From positions 8,434,001-8,498,000 of the forward strand of contig CM075993.1 of the NCBI GenBank assembly GCA_038087875.1: DNA of 64,000 nucleotides. Reading direction: 5' to 3'. The notes under the pieces were generated by a model that saw only the letters and a program-made list of their open reading frames with translations, had not been told where the DNA came from and ran no database searches. Source of the DNA: Malacoraja senta (Eukaryota). Below, in pieces: positions 26,005 to 36,899 of this stretch; positions within the stretch are counted from its first letter, which is position 1, and every line of letters begins with the position of its first letter. The position numbers were made by a program, and so were the translations under genes.

Positions 26005-26597
26005 TAAAGGCCTCTCTCACGAGTTTGCGGTCATTGGCGGTGTGAAACAGGAAGTATCTACCGCTCGTGGACTGCCAGAGACCGCGGGTTCGGTCAAACG
26101 CACAGTGCCGGGGCCGTGCGGCGTTGGTCCCAACACCGCACGGTGCTCACAAAAAAAAACAACAATGTCGAAAAATCTTTTCCTACCGCACAGCCGCCGC
26201 CAGTGAGGCACGAGTGCGGCACGGGCACCGCCACAGCCGCCGCCGCCAGTGAGGCACGAGTGCGGCTACGGGCACCGCCACAGCCGCCGCCAGTGCGGCC
26301 ACGAAGCGCCCGCGAGTCCAACTTTCACCGCCACAGCCGCCGCCAGTGAGGCACGTGTGCGGCACGGGCACCGCCACAGCCGCCGCGATCACCACTACCG
26401 CCGCTACAGCCCCGCGATCCGAAATGACGTCGTCGCGTTGCGCGATGGCCGCAAGCTCGTGGCACCGGCCGTACGGAGATCACTCGGCCTCCGCGCAGCA
26501 TCCGTGCGGCGCTCTCGCGGTTGCCGTACGGTCCCCTCTTCCGGCGACGCCGCGCTTCACCGCCAATGACCGCAAACCCGTGGGGACAGAGCCTTTA
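26005..26597. mobile_element. CpG-rich MITE (PIF/Harbinger- or Kolobok-like) with ~40-bp TIRs and internal minisatellite
   Basis: Left end taaaggcctctctcacgagtttgcggtcattggcggtg; right end reverse-complemented taaaggctctgtccccacgggtttgcggtcattggcggtg. No transposase. Confidence 0.8.
26187..26385. repeat. GC-rich minisatellite (~43-46 bp unit, 3-4 copies)
   Basis: cagccgccgccagtgaggcacgagtgcggcacgggcaccgcca repeated. Confidence 0.85.
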
Positions 26598-27065
26598 CAG
26601 TTCTGGGAAATAGGTCTATTAAGTGGATCCTGACAGAAGATTCAAGCTGTGCTGTGGCTCATTTCTAAGTATCTCAAATCCTTCACAGGCTTGAGAGGGA
26701 GCTGTGTTTATAGTACTCAGTACAGAAGCATCTTTGTGCTCTGCCCTTTCTTTCCAGTTAACAACACAGCATCACTCCCAACGGATCATTTCAGCATTCC
26801 TTTCCCCCCTCCCTTGAGGAGAATATTACAGTCCAGGTTGACTGAAGGCTGTATGTTGGCATAACTTCAACCTAAGTATCAGTTTACAAGGTTGCGCCTG
26901 TTCCATTATCTGCTTGGGGTGTGATATCCTCACTCGTCACGTGGTTTTATGCAACCGTGGGAAGGAGAGGAGGTGGGGACTGAACATTGGGAGGCGTCAG
27001 CACTGGACAGGTTGTAACTAACTATTTAATTTGGCATAATCTTCTTATCAGGTGTTCTCTCCACG

Positions 27066-27908
<843 letters not shown>

Positions 27909-28154
27909 CACACGTATACATTAATGAAAACTAATGTAAATAGCGTTCAGCTAAACTAAGAGATGATTTTGCAGATCAGGCTCTCGGCCACATTTCCACT
28001 CGGGTTGCCTGAATGACTTTATTGCTAATCATTCAAGTATTGACATTGCAACTGGGCATTGTTGGAAAGTTGTAAGCAGGATATCCTGTCAGTCTAATTA
28101 AGAACAAGCTCAGCTTGCATTGATGTGCCCGGGCTCTCTCTCCACATTTCACAG

Positions 28155-28500
28155 ATTCATAGAGTTATTAAACAGATCATTCAACTTGATTCGTCCACGC
28201 CGGCCAAGATGCCCATCTACATGAATCTCATTTACCTGCGCATGACCCATATCCCTCCAAACGTTTCCTATCCATGTACCTATCCAAGTGTCCTTCAAAT
28301 GTTGTCATTTTGCCTGCTTTAACCTCACCATCAAGCAGCTTGTTCCATGTAGATTTTGTGGGCGTTTTTTTTTACATAGAATGTGATGGGTGTCTGGAAT
28401 GTGCTGCCAAAAGTGGTGATATGATCGTGGCATTTTAAATATGATGATGGCATTTTAAGAGGCTTTTAGATAGACTCACACAGTTATGCGGGGACTGGAG
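28155..28500. mobile_element. Two old CR1 3' fragments in opposite orientations
   Basis: 28155-28350 is a minus-strand tail; 28360-28500 is plus-strand (ttttttacatagaatg...gtctggaatgtgctgcc). Confidence 0.6.
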
Positions 28501-28504
28501 GGAC

Positions 28505-30425
28505 TCTGTAAGTGGGTAGAGGAATATATGCTGAAGAAGACAATCCTAGTGTTCCCCCACTGGAAACCATGGATGAAGGCGAGGTCCGTTGCCAGGTGAA
28601 GGCCAAGACAGCTGTGTACGAGTAAATCCCAAGCGGTTACCATCTTGGCAAAGCCACTGGAATGCTCAGAGACAATACCGGGACAAATGGGAGTCCCAGT
28701 ATAACCACACGAACACCTGTCGAATGTGACACGGTGTGAATACTATAACGGGCTACAAAGCGGGCAGGCAGCATCGCTGGTGATAGCGCAGCCCTCCCTC
28801 CCTGATCAACAATGCATTCCATGCTCGCTTGTCAGACTCAAGTGTGCCTTTCTAAGGTCACTGTTGCAGAAGTTAGATCGGCCTTCCTGAGGGTGAACCC
28901 ACGGAAAGCCTGGATATGTCCTCAGGAACTGTGTGGAATAACCAGCAGGAGTATTCATGAAGATCTTTAATCTCTCCCTACTCTGTTCTGAGGTATCCAC
29001 CTGCTTCAGAAGACCACTATCATCCTGGTGCCAAAGAAAGCAAGATCTTATGACTTAATGACAACTGTCTATTGGCCTTGGCATCCACCATCATGAAGTG
29101 GTTTGAAAGGCGAGTTTAGGCATGTGCATACCAAGCAGCCTTGATACACTGCAGTTTGTCTCCTGCCACAAGGTCCATGGCAGACTCATCCGCGGAACAC
29201 CTACATCAGGCTCCTATTCATCCACTAATAGCTCTGCTTTCAATACCATTAGCCCAACCAAGCTCAATTCCAAACTCATGGAACTTGAAGTCAACCCTCC
29301 CCTCTGCAATTGGATTCTCGACTTCTTGACCAACAGACCACAATCAATAGACAATTTAAGTGCAGGAGTAGGCCATTTGGCCTTCGAGGCCAGCAGCGCC
29401 ATTCATTGTGATCATGGCTGATCATCCCCAATCAGTGAGGATAGTTGACAGACGGGTCCTCCACGATAATCCTCAACACTGCTGCCCCGCAAGGATGTGT
29501 TCTCAGCCCCCAATTACACTCTTTATACTCTCACGATTGTGCAGCCAAATACCAATCCCACTCAATTTACAAACTCGCAGACGACACCATGTCGTGGGCC
29601 AGATACCAAATAATGATGAGACTGAGGTGCCATGACAGCAACCTCTCCGTCAATGTCAGCAAGATAAAGGAGATTGTGATTGATTGCAGGAAGTGAAGCA
29701 GTACACACACATTGGTATACATTGATGGTGCCGAAATAGAGATGGTCGAAAGCTGCATGTTCCTCGAAAAAAAATGTCACCAGCACTTTGCCTTGGAGCA
29801 GTCACAAAGAACCTTTGGCCAAGAAAGCCCACCAATACCTCTACTTCCTTCGAAGGCTTGGATAGTTCAGCATGTCCCCAACACCCTCGCCAACTTCCAC
29901 AGATGCGCCGTAGAAAGCATTTAATTGGGATTCATCACAGGCTGGTTTGGGAACAGCTCCATCCATGACCACAAGCAATTGCTGAGACTTATGGGCGTTA
30001 AACAAACCAGCCTCACTCCCTTTGACTCCATCTACACTTTACCCTGCCTCGCCGGGCCAGCAGCCATAATCAAGAACCAGTCTCACCCCAGTCAATCCCT
30101 CTTCTCCCCTCTCCCATCAGGCAAGAGGCACAGAGGTTTGAACCTCATACCTCAAGATTCAGGGACAGTTTCTTCCCATCTGTTATGAGGTAACAGAATG
30201 GTCCTTTCTTCAGCTAGAGTGCTGTTCTGACCTCCCATCGATTTCATGGAGACCTTTGAACTATTTTTAATCGGACTTTATCTTGCGCTAAATGTTATAC
30301 CCTTATCTATCTATCTGTACATTGTGGTCGGCTTGATTGTAATCATTTGTCGTCTTCTCTTTGACTGCATAGCACGCGACAAAAGCTTTGCACAGTGCCT
30401 GGTACAGGTGACAATAATAAACAAA
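28505..30425 (+). mobile_element. Degenerate Rex1/Babar LINE, with a small CR1 tail inserted at about 29345-29430
   Basis: Frameshifted [42 protein letters not shown] and HPSQSLFSPLPSGKR motifs. Ends gtgacaataataaac. Confidence 0.8.
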
Positions 30426-30754
30426 ACTAGAAATGGATCACGTGCAGGGCAGAGAAGATTAGTTTAATTTGGCAATACGTTCGGCATGAACAAAATGGTC
30501 CGAAGGGTCAGTTCCCGTACTGTAACGACGGAGGCTGGTGATGCGCTCTAGAAGTGCTGAATAACAGCAAGACTTAAGTTAGAGAAAGAGTGGCAGGTGA
30601 CGTTCACTTCCGAGATCCTGATGAAAGTACTGCCACAGGAAGTACAGGACGAGAGGAGAAATGACCAAAACAGGAAAGTGATACGTACGTGAGCAGCAGT
30701 GTTGAATTGAATATCATCATGCAGTGGGGACTAACACTAATGATATTAATTAGT

Positions 30755-30931
30755 GGTAGACAAAAATGCTGGAGAAACTCAGCGGGTGAGGCAGCATCTA
30801 TGGAGCGAAGGAAATAGGCGACGTTTAACGTCGCCTATTTCCTTCGCTCCATCGATGCTGCCTCACCCGCTGAGTTTCTCCAGCATTTTCGTCTACCTTC
30901 AATTGTCCAGAATCTGCAGTTCCCTCTTAAA
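30755..30931. mobile_element. Fold-back Penelope-derived insertion forming a near-perfect hairpin
   Basis: Arms 30755-30825 and 30827-30897. Flanked by atattaattagtggt / atattaattgtggt. Confidence 0.9.
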
Positions 30932-31069
30932 ATATTAATTGTGGTCTGCTTTTGTACATCGCTGTCCCAGGAGGAGCATGGTGCTCTTCCAGTCCTCGTG
31001 CTTCAACGTTGGCACCTCTGCTTTGCCCACTGCTGCTGAAATCACGTTTTCCAATTTCCCTTTAATGAA

Positions 31070-31590
31070 AGGGCTTTTTTGTCATTCCTTCTAAGTCCCA
31101 AAATGTTTGGATCCACTAGATTTCTTATGAAATGTAGTCACTGTTATAATGTAAGAAACAGGGTTGCCAATTCTGGCATGGGTTTTACTGTAAGCAGGAT
31201 TGTAATCATCAGTTTCTGCTGATAGTCATTTGAGTTGTGAATCTTAGCTTGGGCTCTTCTCTTCTAATAGTCACACAGTGTGGAAACAGGCACTTCAGCC
31301 CAGCTTGCCCACACCAACCAACATGTCCCAGCTACACTAGTCCCAGCTGCCTGCATTTGGCCCATATCCCTCCCAACCTGTCCTATCCATGTACCTTGTC
31401 TGACTGTTTCTTAATGATCATGGGATCCTTTTCATGCAGCTGAGAGGGCCGTCTGAGCCCTCAGTTTAATTATCATTGATAAGTGGCACCTTAGATAATG
31501 CACCAGTGTATATTATCCGAGACTTTATGTGTGCTGGAAGCTACTTGATTTTAACCATGACTTTTAACAGAACTGAGAATGCTACCATGC
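31070..31590 (-). mobile_element. Ancient DeuSINE (SacSINE/AmnSINE)-like remnant, interrupted by a CR1 tail (31268-31410)
   Basis: catgggatccttttcatgcagctgagagggcc...ctcagtttaa...ggcacct and gaaatgtagtcactgttataatgtaagaaac resemble DeuSINE-type repeats as I recall them. Confidence 0.45.
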
Positions 31591-31702
31591 TCACAAGCAC
31601 AACATGGACATAATCACCAATCGGACACCTTATTGGTAGTAAAAAGGTGATGCAAGGGATTGCAGATGCTGGTTTACAAAAAATGAACCTAAGTGCTGGA
31701 TG

Positions 31703-32744
31703 TAGCAATGTTACAAAATTTTGAGATTTAAAAATAAATTCTGCAATTTATCCCATCAGATAAAACATAAAAAGAAGTTTAATTGACACCTAATTCACTT
31801 TCATATCTTCAGTATTAAAGAAGTTATGGCCATTTTCATACTCGGAAATTAGCATCTTGTTCCCTATTGCTTTTCCATTGACTTAACACAAAAGCTGTGA
31901 TCGAGGACAGTTAAAAGCCCATAACTTTCTTAAAAATTAAGATAACTGAAAGAAATTTTCAGTTATTATAGATTGAAGTATTCTGAAACAAATATGAAAC
32001 AATCTTACTTAGAAGACATGAAAGTAAAGCATATAATTAGTTAGTTACCTAATTGTAGCTAATTACAAAATTCAATTACTAGATCTAAACATCTATCAAT
32101 TTCTTAAGAATAGATTAACATTTTTAAATAGCCTAAGTGTCCAAATAACATTCACACAATAATTCACAATATAACATAATTTTTAAATCTCATTTTTCAT
32201 GAATTTACAGGCCAAATGGAAGGAATTGAATGTTTAATACCTGTAAATTAATGGGCATTTAAATCATCTTGTGAGTGAGAATTTCTGGAACGCGATCTTT
32301 TGGAACATTGATTTGCGGTGAATTTAACCCCGTATTGGCATTAAAAATACTGCCGTTAATTTGGGGAATAAAATCACCGTGTCGCATGAAAAAATGTGAA
32401 TTAAAGGCTTCTTAAGAAGCACTTTTATACATTTAAAGAAACCACTTTCGTTTACCTGTCCCGTGTGTGAAATCCGTCCCCGTTATCGGCGTTGATGCTT
32501 CAGGAGCTGCTTTTAAAATTACTCTAGCGCTGACATTGACGATTTAATAATAAAAAAAAATACACAAAACGCCACTAGGAACGATTCTTCAGCCAACGCT
32601 TGTACTCCAACAAAATATTAACCAGGACAAGGGAGGAGAAACCTGCGTTTTAACCCCACCCCCCCCCTTAAAGGCGCCAAAATCGCGCAAACGGCCAGTG
32701 GCAGAATTACAGCGCGACTGAAGGTAAGTTTTGTAACGTACCTA
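31703..32744. mobile_element. Non-autonomous DNA transposon, TAG...CTA termini, 7-bp TSD (hAT-like)
   Basis: TIRs tagcaatgttacaaaattt and (reverse complement) taggtacgttacaaaactt. TSD ctggatg at 31696-31702 and 32745-32751. Inserted in a PLE repeat (about 31650-32905). Confidence 0.85.
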
Positions 32745-33029
32745 CTGGATGAAGTCAGTCGGTCTGGCAGCATCTCTGGATAACATAGATAGGCAATGTT
32801 TCTGGTCAGGTATAAAGTAGGGTTGTGACTGGAAACTTTGCCTATCCATATTCTCCAGAGATGCAGCCTGACCCGCTGGGTTACTTCTGCACCTTGTGTC
32901 TTTTCTTTTACCTTCCCGGTCGTGCGTGATTCTTGTATGAACATAAGCTGACGAGCAATCCATGAGTTGTATTGGTGATCTTGCTGGGTAGCATGAATGA
33001 CATATACATAAAACTTTATGTATGCCTAC

Positions 33030-33440
33030 TAGAGTCATAATCATATAGTGATACTGTGTGGAAACAGGCCCATCGACCCAACTTGCCCACACCGGCCAAC
33101 ATGTCCCAGCTGCACTAGTCCCACCTTCCAGCATTTGCTCCATATCCCTCCAAACCCGACTTATCCATGTACCTGTTTAACGGCTTCTTAAATGTTGGGA
33201 TAGTCCCTGCCTCAACTACCTCCTCTGGCAGCTGTCTGAAGAAGGGTCTCGACCCAAAACTTCACCTATTCCTTTGCTCCATAGATGCTGCCTCACCCGC
33301 TGAGTTTCTCAGCATTTTTGTCTACCTCCTCTGGCAGCCTGTTCCATACATCCACCACCCTTTGTGTGAAAAGGTTACCCCTCAGTTTCCTATTAAATCT
33401 TTTCCCCTTCACCTTAATCCTATGTCCTCTGGTCCTCAAA
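33030..33440 (-). mobile_element. CR1 LINE 3' fragment interrupted by a PLE unit
   Basis: Same subfamily as 2455-4506. Confidence 0.85.
33233..33321 (+). mobile_element. Penelope-derived short unit with 17-bp TSD
   Basis: TSD ctacctcctctggcagc at 33216-33232 and 33322-33338. Confidence 0.88.
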
Positions 33441-34117
33441 GCCCACAGCAAGCTGTCAGTGACACACCAGGGGCAAGATAAGCGACCATCTTTGGTGATC
33501 TAACAGGTAGCTCACTGACAAGATCTCCTATCATTTAGCTTTTGAAAATGTTTGTTGTAGGTATCTGCTTGCTTTGCTGCTATTCCTCTTTGTGGCTATT
33601 CTCCAGCTGATGAATGCACAATGTTTCATCGTAAAGGAAATCCAATTACTTCAGACAGTGCTCTTTGAATGTGATCATTTATTAAAAAGCCATAAGCCTC
33701 TGAGAGCATTAATGATGATGAGCAAGCATAGAGCAGAGGGACTGTTATTTTTAATAACACTCAGACAGCTGTCCAGCAATGAATTTGCTGCTAGAGGTTG
33801 GGATAGGATTATAATATCACACTGTGGCATCAGCAAAGTTGTCGTATATCCATCCTACAGTCTTCTTTCACCTCTAGCCGTTGTCATTTATTCCACCCAT
33901 CTGACAATCAGAACCCCCTTCACCTGTATCCACTTATCACGTGCCAGGCTTTGTCTTGCCTTCCTCTCTCTTTTCCAGCTTGCTCCCCCCCCCCCCCGAC
34001 TACAACCAGTCTGAAGGAAGGTTGCAACTCGAAGCATTTGCTCCCCATTTTCTCCATAGATGTTACCTGTGTTCCTCCAGCAATTTGTGTTTTACTGCAG
34101 TTATTATGGCTGACTTT

Positions 34118-34372
34118 GGGCGGAACAGTGGTGCAGCTGGTAGAACTGCTGCCTCATTACTCTCGGGACATGGGTTCAGCCCTGACCTCGGCTGCTGTTC
34201 ATGTGGAGTTTGAACGTTCGCCCTGTGACCACATGAATTTCCTCCAGGTACACCACTTTCCTTCCGCATCCCAAAGACGTACGGCTTTGTACGTTAATTG
34301 TCCTCAATGTTGTCCCTGGTGTGTATGGAGTGGATGAGAACATGGGTTAACATAGAACCAGTGTGGTGTTGG
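34118..34372 (+). mobile_element. Older HE1/V-SINE-like SINE
   Basis: Degenerate head and central domain. Confidence 0.7.
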
Positions 34373-34813
34373 GCCATACTGGATCTTCTTTTAAAAATAC
34401 CCCCAGAGAAGATTGCTCCAAGTGATTTTCGCTGTGATTCAGGACACATCCATTGTGTTTTCTTTTTCTAAAATTTGCGCACACATCTGAAACCCAGCTT
34501 GTATATTTTGTCCTTGGCAGCCAAGTTGCACCACAGCCTCTACTCCAGAAGAAGGGTCTCGACCTGAAACGTCACCCACTCCTTCTCTCCAGAGATGCTG
34601 CCTGTCCCGCTGAGTTACTCCAGCACTTTGTGTCTATGAGCCTGTCCTCCACTTCCAGCTGATGCCCTCACTCACTGTGTTGCCCTTTCAATTACCTTCC
34701 TTATCTCCTATTTGTTGAGTTAAGAATCAGACTTCAGACTTTAATGGTACACCGTGGAAACAGGCCCTTTGGGCCCAACGACCAGCAATCACTCTGTACA
34801 CTAACATTATCCT

Positions 34814-35260
34814 TAAGAGACCAAGCGCAGGCTTGGCAATCGCTTCGCCCCACATATATGCACAGACCGCATTAACCAACCCGATCTCCCAGTGGCTCAG
34901 CACTTCAACCCCCCCCCCCCACTCCCATTCCGTATCTGACCTTTCTGTCCTGGGCCTCCTCCATGGCCAGAGTGAGTCCGACTGCAAATTGGAGGAGCAG
35001 CACCTCATATTTCGCTTGTGTAGTTTACACCCCAGCGGTATGAACATTGACTTCTCCAATTTCAGGTAGTCCTTGCTTTCTCCCTCCTTCCCCTCCCCTT
35101 CCCAGCTCTCCACAGCCCACTCTCTGCCTCTTCCTTTCTTCTTCCTGCCCCCCTCCACCCCCACATCAGTCTGAAGAAGGGTCTCGACCCGAAACGTCAC
35201 CTATTCCTTTGCTCCATGGATGCTACCTCACCCACTGAGTTTCTCCAGCATTTTTGTCTG
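34814..35260 (+). mobile_element. 5'-truncated Penelope-like element (GIY-YIG C-terminus, UTR, hammerhead repeat) with 13-bp TSD
   Basis: gagaccaagcgcaggcttggc (ETKRRLG), SHSVSDLSVLGLLHGQSE...KLEEQHLIFRL. TSD ctaacattatcct at 34801-34813 and 35261-35273. Confidence 0.9.
35171..35198 (+). ncRNA. Minimal hammerhead ribozyme motif in the PLE terminal repeat
   Basis: ctgaagaagggtctcgacccgaaacgtc, about 100 nt downstream of the endonuclease stop codon. Confidence 0.7.
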
Positions 35261-36899
35261 CTAACATTATCCTACACACTAGGGACAGTTTTACAAATTT
35301 TCTACTGAAGTCAATTAACAAACAAACTTGTACTTCTTTGAAGTGTGGGAGGAAACCGTGCGGAGCATCCGGAGGAAACCCAAGCGGTCACAGGGAGGAC
35401 GTACAAGCTCTGTACAGACAATACCCGTGGGCAGGATTGAACCAAGGCGCTAGAGACCTGGGTTCAGTCCTGACCTTGGGTGCTGTCCGTGTGGAGTTTG
35501 CACGTTCGCTTTGTGGCCGCGGGGATTTCCTCCAGCTACTCCTCTTTCCCCCCACATCCCAAAGACGTACGGGTAAGGAGACAATGCAGGGGCTGGTTGG
35601 CAATAGGTGGGACATGATGAGGCATGGGATATGATGGGCAGATGGGGATGAGGCTGATTCAGAGGCTGGTAAGTGAGAAGTGGAAACAATCAGAAAACAA
35701 AATTAGGAAGATGAAGTTGGTGGGGGGGCATTCCTTCTCTCCATAGATACCACCTGTCCCGCCAGTTACTCCAGCATTTTGTGCCTATCTACGGGGGGAG
35801 GAGAAGGGTAGATCAGGCTCCTCGTTACCTAGACTCATCATTCTTCCATTTGCCTATAACCTCCCCCCCCCCCCCCCCAAACTGGTTTATCTGCCCATCA
35901 CTCGCATACATCTTTCTGGGTTTCTTCTCTGGTTTACCGTATATACTCTTTATACTCTTCCCCCATCTTGTTGCATCTGCCCATCGGTCCTCCCGTATCT
36001 GATTCTACCTATCACCACCCAGACTCTGTCTCCCTGCCCCGTCTCCACGAGCCCATCATCCTTCCCATACCTGCTTCCACCTACCCACTAGTCTCTGTCT
36101 CGCCTCTTCCCTCTACATGCTCAATTCTGATGCAGGGTCTCAACCGGAAGCGTTGACCATCCCGTGGTCTCCATAGATGCTGTTTTACCTGCTGAGTTCT
36201 TAAAACAGATTAATTCTTTGCTCTAGATTCCAGCATCAGCATTCTCTTGTGTCTCTAAGCCTTGTACAAAATTACATTCAAGTGGTTTAAATTTTGATTT
36301 GTTTCGTTTCTATCCACTCATCCACAGAGTGTTGTCAATCTGCATTTCTGTCATGTTTGAGAGGGATAATTGTTCAGACGCTCAACCTCGAAAAATATGT
36401 CAGTGTTTGTATACTGAGACTGACAAAAGACTCTTGTACAGAATGGAACACCATTCCATGGGTGTGCTGGAAAGATGATTTTTTTCTATTTTCAAAGCAA
36501 TTTTGATTCTAGCCATTGTATAACGATCTTCTGTGGAGATTTGAAAATCATTTTGCAGTATAATAAATGGTGTTTATTGGAAATGTAATGCTTCTCCATT
36601 AATCTGGTGTTAAAAGCTGCATTATTATTCCAATACTGTACTATTTTGAACAGTTAATATTGAACCATTTTGAAATAAAATGTTGTTTTGATGCTGCATC
36701 AGCCAAATACAATAAGATAACGAGGTGATAACAAACAGTTGATCTAGAGATAGACACAAAGTGCTACAGTAACAGCTTGTCAGGCAGCATCTCTGGGGAG
36801 AAAGATGGGTGACATATTGTGTCACGACCCTTCTTCAGACTGGAGATGCTGGTTGTGGAAGCCATGTTGGGGACCTCTCTCCTACTATTTAAACAGTGC

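Larger units (their letters stand above)
34730..35572. mobile_element. SINE (-) split by a PLE insertion, joined to an inverted SINE segment (35446-35572, +)
   Basis: SINE tail at 34730-34813, resumes 35261-35445, orientation switches near 35446. Confidence 0.75.

Noticed and set aside
26187..26385. CRISPR-like array
   Set aside because: Tandem units without unique spacers, no cas genes, eukaryotic context.
25976..26633. Cluster of Arg/Ala-rich ORFs
   Set aside because: A by-product of high GC and tandem repeats inside a TIR-bounded MITE; no transposase motifs.
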